UHGV virus genome: UHGV-1455077
Reading direction: 5' to 3' (one strand)
Source: a virus
Length of the DNA stretch: 64,000 nt
Below the pieces are notes generated by a model. It saw only the letters and a list, made by a program, of their open reading frames with translations, had not been told where the DNA came from and ran no database searches. Shown one piece after another: positions 19,786 through 29,307 of the stretch; position 1 is the first letter of the stretch, and each line of letters starts with the position of its first letter. Both the position numbers and the translations under genes were made by a program.

Positions 19786-20072
19786 TGATGATAACTGATG
19801 AACAATGGAAAAAAATGACAAGCGATGTTTTTTCAATTTTTTTGCCATCATCAGAAATTGTTGAAAAAATAGAAGTAAGCTGGTATAATGGAGAAGTTAA
19901 AGAATTTAATACTTCTGGAGAATTAATGGCTTATTTATATACTTTGCAAGATTATGTAGATTATGATATTTTTCAAATTATAAAAATGAATTTTAAATTG
20001 AAAGATGAAGAAAAGCATAAAAAAGATATAGATTATTTAGTTCAACAAGTTATAAAAAATATTGGGGGTTAA
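19785..20072 (+). CDS. Hypothetical protein
   Basis: 95 aa; ATGATG overlap with previous stop. Confidence 0.4.
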   Translation: MMITDEQWKKMTSDVFSIFLPSSEIVEKIEVSWYNGEVKEFNTSGELMAYLYTLQDYVDYDIFQIIKMNFKLKDEEKHKKDIDYLVQQVIKNIGG

Positions 20073-20090
20073 TTAACCCCCCATTTTTTA
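20063..20090. terminator. Bidirectional terminator between convergent genes
   Basis: TGGGGGTTAATTAACCCCCCA palindrome with T-runs on both strands. Confidence 0.7.
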
Positions 20091-20576
20091 TTCTTCTACA
20101 TCTTCAACAAATAATATTGCCGATGCTGTAATATTCATATTAATACCATTAGTATTTCCGACAACACCAGCAGGGCAAAACATACATAAATATTGAGATG
20201 GATTTAATGTAATATTTTTTTCAATGTAAAAAGATGCACCTGGGACAACCCGAACATCGTGTGCAATATATGTTTGAATATTGCTATTTGAACCATCTTT
20301 GATGTATAAATCTACTGATTTAAAATTTGAAGGTTCATAACGAGGATATGTATGTGTATTTGCATCATATTCTTCAATACGTGGGTCAAAAACATTACAA
20401 ATATATAATGAGTGAATTTGAGCAGTTGAGCCTTCTTCACGTAAAACTTCTCCCATACTACTTGAGCCAGATAAAACATTAGTAGTATTTTGACCAGCTA
20501 AAGCAGAAGGAATAATAATTTTTTCAGTACCAACTTGTTTTGAAACAGATAAAAAGTTTTTAAATATTTCAGCCAT
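20088..20576 (-). CDS. Hypothetical protein with a weak dUTPase/dCTP-deaminase-like signature
   Basis: 162 aa; IIIPSALA and SGSSSMGEV loosely resemble the Dcd/dUTPase HPGE and GRSS motifs; not secure. Confidence 0.3.
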   Translation of the reverse strand: MAEIFKNFLSVSKQVGTEKIIIPSALAGQNTTNVLSGSSSMGEVLREEGSTAQIHSLYICNVFDPRIEEYDANTHTYPRYEPSNFKSVDLYIKDGSNSNIQTYIAHDVRVVPGASFYIEKNITLNPSQYLCMFCPAGVVGNTNGINMNITASAILFVEDVEE

Positions 20577-20638
20577 TTAAAATCCTTAATTTTTAATTAT
20601 AATAATATTTATTGAAAAGAGATTGAATGATGTAGTAG

Positions 20639-20646
20639 AATAAATA
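20639..20646 (+). promoter_or_regulatory. Late-promoter-like box AATAAATA upstream of uvsW
   Basis: 22 nt upstream of ATG 20669; T4 uvsW is itself transcribed late. Confidence 0.4.
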
Positions 20647-20668
20647 ACAAAGTTAATTGAGGATTATT

Positions 20669-22150
20669 ATGGTTAAATTAACAATAATTTATAAAGATTA
20701 TATTCATTGTACTGTTCGTGGTTTATTACCTGATGATATAGCTAAATGTATTAAGGAATTTAAAGTTTTTATTCCTTCAGCACGTTTTCAACCATCTTAT
20801 AAATTGGGTCGTTGGGATGGTTACAAACAATATTTTACTATTACAGGTCAAACTTATGTTAATTTATTGCCACGTATGTTTGAAATTATAAATGTTTCTC
20901 AATATGAAGTTGAAATAATACGTCCTGAAAATGTTATTGAAGACCCAGATTTAGGTGAAGATATTGATAATACTTATTTTTCTTATTTAAAATGGTATAA
21001 AGGTCATTATAAGGAAGATGAACCTATTATGTTGGAAGACCATCAAGTTAGAGTTGTTAATACTTGCTTAAAAAATCACAGATGTATTATTGATGCCGCT
21101 ACTGGTTCAGGAAAAACTTTAATATCAGCAGTTTTAGCAAAAAAGGTACTCCCTTTTGGAAAAACAATACTTATTGTTCCTTCTAAAGATTTGGCTTTTC
21201 AGTCAGCTAATGAATTTAAGCAATGGGGTTTAGATGCTGGTATTGTTGGTTGTAATTTAAGAGAATTTGGACACGATGTAACTGTTTGTACTTGGCAAAC
21301 AATTAATTCAATGGAGCGTTCAAAAACTGAAAAACCATTATCAGTTGAGGAATTAAGTAAATTAAAAGATGGGGTTGTATCTTTAATTTTTGATGAATGT
21401 CATCAATGTAAATCTTATCATATTCAACAAGTTTGTGATTCAACATTTAAAGATGTTCCAATTAAATGGGGATTAACAGGTACTGTACCTAAAGAAAAAT
21501 CAGATTATTATTGCTTATATACTTCATTGGGTGGTGTTGGAGCAGTTGTTGAAGCTAAAGAATTGCAAGATAAAGGATTTTTAGCTAATTGTAATATAAA
21601 TTGTATTCGTTTAGAAGATAATACTTTATGTCAAGATTTTACATCTGAAATTGAATATTTAGAAAGTAACGATGAAAGAATATCTTTTATCACACAACTT
21701 TTACATTCGATTGTACAAACATCTGGTAATACATTGGTTTTATTAAGTCATAAAAAGTTTGGTAAAAATTTAACTGAAAAATTAATTAAGTTAGGAACAA
21801 ATGCCATATTTTTAAATGGCGATGTAAAATCAACTAAACGTTTTGAAGAATATGAAAAAATTAAGACAGAAAATAATAAATGTATTGTTGCAATTGATAA
21901 AATTGCATCAACTGGATTAAGTATTTCAAGATTGTTTAATTTAGTTTTTATTGATTATGGTAAAGCATTTACAAAAACTATTCAATCAGTTGGTCGTGGA
22001 TTACGATTGGCAAAGGATAAAGATTTTGTTGAAATTTATGATATATCATCAACAACTAAATATTCAAAAAAACATTTTAATGATAGAATACATTACTATG
22101 ATGAAAAAAAATATCCATTTAGAATACTTAATATTGACAAATGGAGATAA
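20669..22150 (+). CDS. uvsW: UvsW-like SF2 DNA helicase
   Basis: ATG at 20669 with GAGGA RBS (track starts at TTG 20657); N-terminal GRWDGYKQYF resembles T4 UvsW GNWDGRIRLL; Walker A AATGSGKT; DECH box. Confidence 0.8.
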   Translation: MVKLTIIYKDYIHCTVRGLLPDDIAKCIKEFKVFIPSARFQPSYKLGRWDGYKQYFTITGQTYVNLLPRMFEIINVSQYEVEIIRPENVIEDPDLGEDIDNTYFSYLKWYKGHYKEDEPIMLEDHQVRVVNTCLKNHRCIIDAATGSGKTLISAVLAKKVLPFGKTILIVPSKDLAFQSANEFKQWGLDAGIVGCNLREFGHDVTVCTWQTINSMERSKTEKPLSVEELSKLKDGVVSLIFDECHQCKSYHIQQVCDSTFKDVPIKWGLTGTVPKEKSDYYCLYTSLGGVGAVVEAKELQDKGFLANCNINCIRLEDNTLCQDFTSEIEYLESNDERISFITQLLHSIVQTSGNTLVLLSHKKFGKNLTEKLIKLGTNAIFLNGDVKSTKRFEEYEKIKTENNKCIVAIDKIASTGLSISRLFNLVFIDYGKAFTKTIQSVGRGLRLAKDKDFVEIYDISSTTKYSKKHFNDRIHYYDEKKYPFRILNIDKWR

Positions 22151-22163
22151 TTTTTATTATAAT
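22134..22163 (+). promoter_or_regulatory. Sigma70-type promoter TTGACA-N18-TATAAT
   Basis: Sits at the end of uvsW, upstream of ORF 22184. Confidence 0.5.
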
Positions 22164-22183
22164 TTATGAAAAAAGGATAAAAA

Positions 22184-22744
22184 GTGGAAATATTATTACC
22201 AGAAAATGAACCATTTAATTTAAATCAACCAAAAAGTAAATTAATAGATTCTAAAATATGTGTATTTGATTATTCTGATAAAGATGATAAGGATTTTTTA
22301 TTTAAAAAAATAACATCATTTTTTTCTTATGGGTATCATATGGTAGAATTGCAAATTGGGCAGAAGTATAAATTAGAAGTTCCTTTAAATTGGAGAGTAA
22401 TGGTTATTAATGACCACGATTTAATGTGTCAGCTTGTATCTATTGATGAGTTATTGCATTTTAATCATCAAACAGTTATTTTTAATCCTTTTTATGTTGG
22501 TATACCAAAAATTGTTGACATTAAAATAAATTCTGTTAATATAAACAAAGTTCAATGTTTTGTTCCTAAATTACCAAAGAAAAATTTATTGGTTACGCCT
22601 TTAGGAACAAAAAAGGATTGGGATAATAAAATTATTGATAAAAATACTGGAAAAGTTTCATATTATCCCGATTGTATAATGATGTGTGATGATATTGATA
22701 CGTCAAAATGTGAACTGGATTTATATGACGATATAATCGTTTAA
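22184..22744 (+). CDS. Hypothetical protein (GTG start)
   Basis: 186 aa; AAGGA RBS 9 nt upstream of GTG. Confidence 0.4.
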   Translation: MEILLPENEPFNLNQPKSKLIDSKICVFDYSDKDDKDFLFKKITSFFSYGYHMVELQIGQKYKLEVPLNWRVMVINDHDLMCQLVSIDELLHFNHQTVIFNPFYVGIPKIVDIKINSVNINKVQCFVPKLPKKNLLVTPLGTKKDWDNKIIDKNTGKVSYYPDCIMMCDDIDTSKCELDLYDDIIV

Positions 22745-22771
22745 TTAAACTTTTTTGTGGGAGAAAACATA

Positions 22772-23269
22772 ATGTCTGTTTGTGCAGTACGAAAAACTGA
22801 TAAATTTATTGAACTTAGTTGTGATACACAATTGACTTGCGATACAACGATTTCATCTGAATTTTTAGATTCAAGTAAAATGTTTGAAAAAAATGGAATG
22901 ATTGTAGCAGGAGCTGGCCCGATTCGTGAAATAAATATGTTGAAAATCTTTATGGAAAAAAATTTAATTGGTGAGCCAACCGAAGAAAATATTTTAATGT
23001 TTATGTTTGATTTTCAGCAATTTAAACAGCAAATGGGATTGCCACCAGAAATTGAATGTCAGTTTATTTTAATTTTAGGAAATAAAGTTTTTAGTGTTAT
23101 TCAGGGAGAAGTTTTAGAAATTCCAAGATTTTATGCTATTGGTAGCGGACAAGATTTTGCACAGGCGGCATTGTATCTTGGACATACAACTGAACAATCA
23201 GTAAAAGTTGCGTGTAATTTAAATGTTTATTGCCACGAGCCAGTTAAAACAATAACAAAAGAAATTTAA
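22772..23269 (+). CDS. HslV/proteasome-beta-like Ntn hydrolase
   Basis: ATG at 22772 with GGGAG RBS; FYAIGSGQDFAQAALYL matches HslV LIAIGSGGPYAQAAARAL; N-terminus MSVCAV, so Ser replaces Thr1. Confidence 0.55.
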   Translation: MSVCAVRKTDKFIELSCDTQLTCDTTISSEFLDSSKMFEKNGMIVAGAGPIREINMLKIFMEKNLIGEPTEENILMFMFDFQQFKQQMGLPPEIECQFILILGNKVFSVIQGEVLEIPRFYAIGSGQDFAQAALYLGHTTEQSVKVACNLNVYCHEPVKTITKEI

Positions 23270-23291
23270 TAAAAAATATGAAAATCTTTCT

Positions 23292-23299
23292 AATAAATA
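23292..23299 (+). promoter_or_regulatory. Late-promoter-like box AATAAATA
   Basis: 24 nt upstream of ATG 23324, followed by AAGGATTTTTAATTATG leader. Confidence 0.4.
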
Positions 23300-23323
23300 A
23301 AAATATTAGAAGGATTTTTAATT

Positions 23324-23875
23324 ATGGATATTATTGATACTCGTAGAACTTTTGATGAAGATTATGCTAAAATGCGTTATACTTTGTATATTCAAAAAGT
23401 TAATACTTTATTAGAAAATCATCAAAAACCTCATAACAAAAAATATAAGCAAGGTTTTTTCATTCCAAAAAGACCTCTTAAAGTTATGAATATTATGGAA
23501 ACTACTGAACCACAACCAATTGTATGGAGAAGTAGTTGGGAAAAAGATTTATGTGAATGGTTAGATACAACCGATGCAATTGTTCGTTGGGGTTCAGAAA
23601 TTGTTCAAATTTTATATCGTGACCCAACAAAAAATAAAATGTCTTTTTATACTCCTGATTTTTATGTTGAATATTTGGATGCTAATAAAGTTCTTAGAAA
23701 AACAATGATTGAAGTTAAACCATTAAAAGAAGCTACACTTAAAAAAGCATCAAATGGTTGGGATAAAATTTTAGTTGCAAAAAATGCAATGAAATGGGTT
23801 GCCGCTAATGAATATTGTAAAAAACGAGGAATTACATTTAAAGTTATGCACGAACATAATTTAGGAATTTTATAA
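23324..23875 (+). CDS. PD-(D/E)xK nuclease-fold protein
   Basis: YTPDFYVEY...IEVKP (D...E-V-K) core; 183 aa. Confidence 0.45.
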   Translation: MDIIDTRRTFDEDYAKMRYTLYIQKVNTLLENHQKPHNKKYKQGFFIPKRPLKVMNIMETTEPQPIVWRSSWEKDLCEWLDTTDAIVRWGSEIVQILYRDPTKNKMSFYTPDFYVEYLDANKVLRKTMIEVKPLKEATLKKASNGWDKILVAKNAMKWVAANEYCKKRGITFKVMHEHNLGIL

Positions 23876-25360
23876 TTTTAAATTCATATAGTATTGATAT
23901 GCTCTTTTTATTAATTTTTCTTTATTAGGTTTTGTTAATTTATCATAATTACCACGATATTGTCTAATAAAATCTTCATAAAAATCTGTAAATGACTTCC
24001 AATCTGAAAGATTAAAAAATTCTTTTTTTATCCATTCATCAAATAAAAATGCAGTTTCTTGATAATAGGCATTTTGTTCAACAGGGTCATTCCAATAATT
24101 TGTTGCCGCTTCATCTGAATCAAATTTTTGTTCAGTTGATTTGTATGTTTGTGTACGTCTTAAACTATCAATTAAATGAATACATTCGTGAATTAATGAT
24201 GGAATAACAGTTTCTTTGGAATTTTGAATATATTTAAGGATTTCCTTTCTCATATATTTTGTAAATATATTTTTTGCAAGTTCGGTAGTATCATTTGTGG
24301 TATCTTTTAATTTAATATACTCATTTAAATGTTTTTTCATTATCTTTGAAAACAAATCATTAATAGACATTGTTAAAGCAGGAAATGTGATAACTTTAAA
24401 TTTTCCGTCAATACTTTTACCAAAAGATGGATTTGGTTCAACATTCATATCACAAAAACGAAGTAAGTATTCATATGGTGAATTTTTAATAATTAGTGAA
24501 GTCTTTTTAAATGCCGAAGTCATATTGATAAATGCAGAATCCGTATTAAATAACATTTCATCATTTTTAATAGCTTTAATACAAAGTTTAGCTAATTTGT
24601 TTGCTAATATTCTATATTGTGAATCTTGCTGAATATCTTCATTTAATACAGATTCTTCTAATGATAAATTTTTATCATAATTTTTTGTAATATAATCACG
24701 AAGTTTTTGGATAAAACCATTACTTCTTAATTTTTTAAAAATAAGATTTTCTTCAGATAATTCTCCCGATGTTGTTAATCCTTCTTTTCTCATTGAATAT
24801 AAATTATCTAATAAATCATTGGCTTCTTCAGTATTATATTCAGATGATAAAATATTATCAATTTGTAAAACTAAGTCTTTATATTTTGGTGAATCTTTTA
24901 CATCTTCTACTTCTTTTGTAATTTGTTCAGGTTTTTTAATCCATTTATCAAATTTTAAAGAATATTTTCCGCCTGATTCAGCAGGTTTTGAAGCATCCTC
25001 TACATATAATTCAACGGGATGACCATAAATTGTAATATCGTGGTTTGCATTAAAAATTGTTTTTTTAGCATTAAAGTAATCTTGTAATAATTCTATGTTA
25101 ATATCATAATCACTAAATTTAACAATAATATGCAAATCAATATCAGAATCTTTATTAAAATTGAAGTTAGCCATTGAGCCTGTAAATTGAATATCAGCAA
25201 TATCAAGTGATAAATCTAAATATTGAATAAAAGCATCTGCAATTTGCATAAGTTTATTATATACTTGAGGTTTTAATTCATCTTTTTCCCAAATGTCAGT
25301 ATTTAATGTATCACTAAATTTTATTGTATCTTCTTTTAAATTTAAATCTTCAAGTTTCAT
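23870..25360 (-). CDS. Nucleotidyltransferase-fold protein (Pol-beta-like minimal NTase domain plus a large C-terminal domain)
   Basis: GSMANFNFNKDSDIDLHII = GS-x9-13-DxD NTase motif; 496 aa. Confidence 0.5.
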   Translation of the reverse strand: MKLEDLNLKEDTIKFSDTLNTDIWEKDELKPQVYNKLMQIADAFIQYLDLSLDIADIQFTGSMANFNFNKDSDIDLHIIVKFSDYDINIELLQDYFNAKKTIFNANHDITIYGHPVELYVEDASKPAESGGKYSLKFDKWIKKPEQITKEVEDVKDSPKYKDLVLQIDNILSSEYNTEEANDLLDNLYSMRKEGLTTSGELSEENLIFKKLRSNGFIQKLRDYITKNYDKNLSLEESVLNEDIQQDSQYRILANKLAKLCIKAIKNDEMLFNTDSAFINMTSAFKKTSLIIKNSPYEYLLRFCDMNVEPNPSFGKSIDGKFKVITFPALTMSINDLFSKIMKKHLNEYIKLKDTTNDTTELAKNIFTKYMRKEILKYIQNSKETVIPSLIHECIHLIDSLRRTQTYKSTEQKFDSDEAATNYWNDPVEQNAYYQETAFLFDEWIKKEFFNLSDWKSFTDFYEDFIRQYRGNYDKLTKPNKEKLIKRAYQYYMNLKL

Positions 25361-25459
25361 AAAAAATCCAATATAAATAATGTTATAATAATATTTATTG
25401 AAGGTATAATAAATTATTTAATAACTTACATTCAATAAGAAAATAGAATAAATAAACAT

Positions 25460-26443
25460 ATGAATGAATATAAAATTTATAAATTAATATTCCCAAATGG
25501 AAAAGTATATATTGGACAAACTAAGCAAGAAATTCAAAAAAGATGGGGATTTCAAGGAAAAGGTTATAAGAATTGCCCTAAAGTATATAATGCTATTTTA
25601 AAATATGGGTGGGAAAATGTTAAAAAAGAAATTTTATACGATAAATTAAATCATAATGATGCAAATATGTTAGAGATTAAATTAATAACAGAAGTATATA
25701 ATAGTAATAACAATAATTTTGGATATAATATTGAAAATGGTGGAAATACAATAGGAACACATTCGGAAGAAACAAAAAGGAAAATTGGTGAAGGTAATAA
25801 AGGTAAAATTGTATCATTAGAAACCAGAGAAAAAATAAGACAAAAAAATAAAAATAAACACTATAGTATACAAACAGAAATTTCAACTGGGCAACATTTA
25901 AGTTTTTTAACAGAATTTAAAAAAGGGGATATTCCGTGGAATAAAAATAAAAAATGCCCTCAAATTTCACAAAGGCTATATGGAAGAAAACTTTCAGAAG
26001 AAACAAAGATAAAAATTGGAGAAGCAAATTCTGGAAGAAAAATGTCCAATGAATTAAAATTAAAATTAAAATATATTAATACTGGAAGAAAACTTTCAGA
26101 AGAAACAAAAAGAAAAATTGGTGAAGGTAATAAAGGTAAAATTGTATCATTAGAAACCAGAGAAAAAATAAGACAAGCTAAATTAGGAAAGAAAGCAAGT
26201 AATGAAGCAAAAGAAAAATTAAAAAATATTTGTAAAATGTCAAATATGAAAAGAAATCAGCATTTAATATTTTTTAATGAAAAGATGTATAATTTAAAAG
26301 AATTATCAGAACTATTAAATGTTAAATATGCAACATTAAGAATGTATATCAGTAAATACTCAAAAATTTTAGGTGAACAAGAAGCAATAAATAAAATGAT
26401 TAAATACTATGGGGAAAAATATGACAAGTCCAGCGAAAAATAA
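25460..26443 (+). CDS. GIY-YIG homing endonuclease with duplicated NUMOD3-like DNA-binding modules
   Basis: YKIYKLIFPNGKVYIGQT (GIY...YIG) near N-terminus; repeated SEETKRKIGEGNKGKIVSLETREKIRQ modules. Confidence 0.8.
   Translation: MNEYKIYKLIFPNGKVYIGQTKQEIQKRWGFQGKGYKNCPKVYNAILKYGWENVKKEILYDKLNHNDANMLEIKLITEVYNSNNNNFGYNIENGGNTIGTHSEETKRKIGEGNKGKIVSLETREKIRQKNKNKHYSIQTEISTGQHLSFLTEFKKGDIPWNKNKKCPQISQRLYGRKLSEETKIKIGEANSGRKMSNELKLKLKYINTGRKLSEETKRKIGEGNKGKIVSLETREKIRQAKLGKKASNEAKEKLKNICKMSNMKRNQHLIFFNEKMYNLKELSELLNVKYATLRMYISKYSKILGEQEAINKMIKYYGEKYDKSSEK
25766..25843 (+). repeat. 78-bp direct repeat, copy A (copy B at 26099-26176, 1 mismatch)
   Basis: In-frame duplication 333 bp apart inside the GIY-YIG gene. 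Confidence 0.85.
26099..26176 (+). repeat. 78-bp direct repeat, copy B
   Basis: Identical to 25766-25843 except one base. Confidence 0.85.
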
Positions 26444-26942
26444 AGGTAATTCATTTGAACGAGAAGTTGCCAAATTTTTAACTACTATTTTTAATGAGCA
26501 TTTTAATAGAAATATTAGCGGTAGTGGTTCATATATTGGTGGTAATAATATTTATAGAAAGCAGATATTATCAGATTCGCAGGTTTGGAATAATCAAGGA
26601 GATATAATTTGTCCTGATTCATTTAATGGTAAACTTATAATAGAATGTAAATTTTATAAAGATTTTCCTTTTCATCATTTTTTAATTAATAAATCAATCC
26701 CTTTATTAGATGATTGGATAAAACAACAACTTACTATTGTAGAGGATAATAATATTTGGTTTATTGTATTTAAAATAAATCGTGTTGGAAGTTACATAGT
26801 TATTCCTGAAAAAATAATAGATATTGATGATTCATTGGGAAATCATTCAATATATTATAATAATGGAAATAGATATATCATAGCAGAATTTGAATCTTTT
26901 ATTAAATTATATAAAAATCAGATTAAAGAAAAATGCCTTTAA
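26409..26942 (+). CDS. PD-(D/E)xK nuclease-like protein
   Basis: FEREVAKFL...GDIICPD...LIIECKFYK; overlaps the 3' end of the GIY-YIG gene by 35 nt. Confidence 0.4.
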   Translation: MGKNMTSPAKNKGNSFEREVAKFLTTIFNEHFNRNISGSGSYIGGNNIYRKQILSDSQVWNNQGDIICPDSFNGKLIIECKFYKDFPFHHFLINKSIPLLDDWIKQQLTIVEDNNIWFIVFKINRVGSYIVIPEKIIDIDDSLGNHSIYYNNGNRYIIAEFESFIKLYKNQIKEKCL

Positions 26943-28728
26943 TATTATTTCCATAATATCCATTTAATATTGCTTGTACGCCTTCTTTGGAAATTGATTG
27001 ACCGTCATAGTTTGATATTTTTTGTTTAATGCTTTCATCTGTTCCTGTAACTTTTGTATCATTAAAACGTGATAATAAATGACGACATAAGTTAATAAAT
27101 TTTGGTTTATTTTTATAAAAATTAAAATAAAAATATTCAGTTTTTTGTCCTTGTTTAAAGCATTTTAACATAAATTCATATGATGCTGGGTCACAACTGA
27201 ATAATATAGCATCAGATGACATAATATATTTAATATCTTCTTGTATTTCTGTTAATTTATTTTCTGTTAGAACATTCTTTTTTAATAAGAAGTATTCAAT
27301 AACAATTTTATTATTAAACATATCAATAGTATCTTGTTCCATATGTATTTTAGGAAAATAAGTTTTTAATATTGAATTATTATCTAATTTTTTTGCTTGT
27401 TCTATAAACCATTTTTTGTCATCATCAGTATAACCATCATTTTTTTTAAAATTATAATCTTGAAAATATACATTTCCATTATATGCAAATAAATGTTTGG
27501 TATTTCTAACATCATATTCTTCTTCAACTTGATGATGAAGTAATGGAGTATCGGCTGACCATATAGCAATTCCTGTATTTGATAATAAAATACGATACCA
27601 TTTATTTCTTTTTACTAAATCATTAAATTCTTTTTTTGTGGGATTTAATAATACTTCAATATCATCAATATAATCATAATCTTCCATAATGTTACTTGAA
27701 TTATCAACCATTCTTTGAGGTAATTGGTCTTTTGTATTTAATCCAACTCCTCTTATATCATATTTTTTAAATTGAATATTTTTAAATAATGGAACTTGTT
27801 GCATTTTTTTAAGTTCATCTGGAGCATTATAATAAGATGGAGCTAATTCATTATTTCTAAAAATAACATATTGATTATCATCTAATTTTCCAATAAAAGC
27901 ATATTTATATCCATCAGAACGAGAAAAGGATTTATAATCAGTTTCATCAATTACTTTAAACATTGCACAATTTTTATCCAGATATTCATAAATTTCTTTA
28001 TCAACAATTGGATATGACAAATGCTCTTTTCCATATAATTTCATTTTTTCAATTAAATCTGCGTGAATAACATTATATGCATCGCCAAAAATATAAATTT
28101 TATGTTTTAAATCATATATTCCACGAACAGGGTTTTTGGTTAATAATGTTGAAATCATTTGTTTAGCTTCAGATTCAGAAGATGTATAATAAAGAATAGG
28201 ATTTTCTGAATAATCTTTAACAAAAGATTCATATATGTTATTACTATTGGGATTCCAATCACCATTATTATCAATTGATTTAATTTGATTTGGCTCAAAT
28301 ACAATTATTTCACTTACAAAATCCATACCATTTTCAGGAAATCCAACAATAATACCATCATAATCTTTTAATAATTCTTTATTTCTAAAATAAACAGCTT
28401 TTTCTAATTCTTCTGGCATATCTCTATTAAACCAAAGAGGATTTTCCATTTTTAAATAAACAGATTTTAATTTAGAACCATAAGATTTTCCAACACTATA
28501 ATTAGGAGTAAAATAAATTCCAGCACCAAAATGACCATTTATTGATTTATTAAAAGAATTAAATTTGTTATTTGTTCCGTGATAGCAAATTAATGGATTG
28601 CCATTTTCATCTACGATTTTAGAATTGCCAAACCATTTCCAAAAATTATCATTTAAATTATTATTTAAATCATTTTTAGATTCTTTAACAAGTTCTTTAA
28701 TTAAATTATTATATTTGCCACGATACAT
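26923..28728 (-). CDS. Large protein with an N-terminal PARP-like (H-Y-E) ADP-ribosyltransferase domain
   Basis: CYHGTNNKFNSF...GAGIYFTPNYSVGKSY parallels PARP WHGSRTTNFAGI...GKGIYFADMVSKSANY; C-terminal region homologous to ORF 51068-53182. Confidence 0.6.
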   Translation of the reverse strand: MYRGKYNNLIKELVKESKNDLNNNLNDNFWKWFGNSKIVDENGNPLICYHGTNNKFNSFNKSINGHFGAGIYFTPNYSVGKSYGSKLKSVYLKMENPLWFNRDMPEELEKAVYFRNKELLKDYDGIIVGFPENGMDFVSEIIVFEPNQIKSIDNNGDWNPNSNNIYESFVKDYSENPILYYTSSESEAKQMISTLLTKNPVRGIYDLKHKIYIFGDAYNVIHADLIEKMKLYGKEHLSYPIVDKEIYEYLDKNCAMFKVIDETDYKSFSRSDGYKYAFIGKLDDNQYVIFRNNELAPSYYNAPDELKKMQQVPLFKNIQFKKYDIRGVGLNTKDQLPQRMVDNSSNIMEDYDYIDDIEVLLNPTKKEFNDLVKRNKWYRILLSNTGIAIWSADTPLLHHQVEEEYDVRNTKHLFAYNGNVYFQDYNFKKNDGYTDDDKKWFIEQAKKLDNNSILKTYFPKIHMEQDTIDMFNNKIVIEYFLLKKNVLTENKLTEIQEDIKYIMSSDAILFSCDPASYEFMLKCFKQGQKTEYFYFNFYKNKPKFINLCRHLLSRFNDTKVTGTDESIKQKISNYDGQSISKEGVQAILNGYYGNNIKGIFL

Positions 28729-28737
28729 TCATAATCC

Positions 28738-29307
28738 TTAATAACATAACATAATTTTTTCAACATTTCCTAAGACTGATAAAGACATTCTTCTATCATA
28801 TGCTTGAGTATAATTTGGTGTCCAATTTTCATAATATGCTGGGTCATATTGTGGATTTAAATTTGATGTTGGGTAAGGTGCGTGTGTATATGTTGCATCA
28901 TCAACTTTTGAACTCATAATATATGTTTTAGATTTTATATCAAATGGTGCAAATGGAGAACGAACCAATGGCAGATAACTTCTATCTAATTTTGCTCTTA
29001 ACCAAACATATGAACCATTAATATTATAATAATCAGCTTGTCTTTTAACAAGTATTGGATTATAATTAGAATATTCAATGTATGGAGTTTCATTAGTTAA
29101 AGGAATAATAAACCAATCCAAATCTTCTTTAGGTTCATTTTTTAATGAACCTTCTAACCAAATTCTACCAGTAAAATTTGTTGTATGAATGACGATAGTA
29201 TTACTTCTTTTATTGGTTTTATGTAAATTGTATGCAACTGCTTTAACAGCTTTACCAACAAAATCTGTTTTACCACTCATATTATCTAATAAAACTTGTG
29301 TTTGCAT
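28738..29307 (-). CDS. Hypothetical protein
   Basis: 189 aa; ATG overlaps the stop of the upstream gene (TAATG). Confidence 0.45.
   Translation of the reverse strand: MQTQVLLDNMSGKTDFVGKAVKAVAYNLHKTNKRSNTIVIHTTNFTGRIWLEGSLKNEPKEDLDWFIIPLTNETPYIEYSNYNPILVKRQADYYNINGSYVWLRAKLDRSYLPLVRSPFAPFDIKSKTYIMSSKVDDATYTHAPYPTSNLNPQYDPAYYENWTPNYTQAYDRRMSLSVLGNVEKIMLCY

Noticed and set aside
20088-20576. dUTPase or dCTP deaminase annotation
   Set aside because: Only two loose motif resemblances, with no clear GxxRSS or catalytic Glu context. Left as hypothetical with a note rather than a functional call.
25766-26176. CRISPR-like repeat
   Set aside because: Only two copies, 78 bp, in frame inside a homing-endonuclease CDS, encoding a duplicated protein module. 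It is not a repeat-spacer array.
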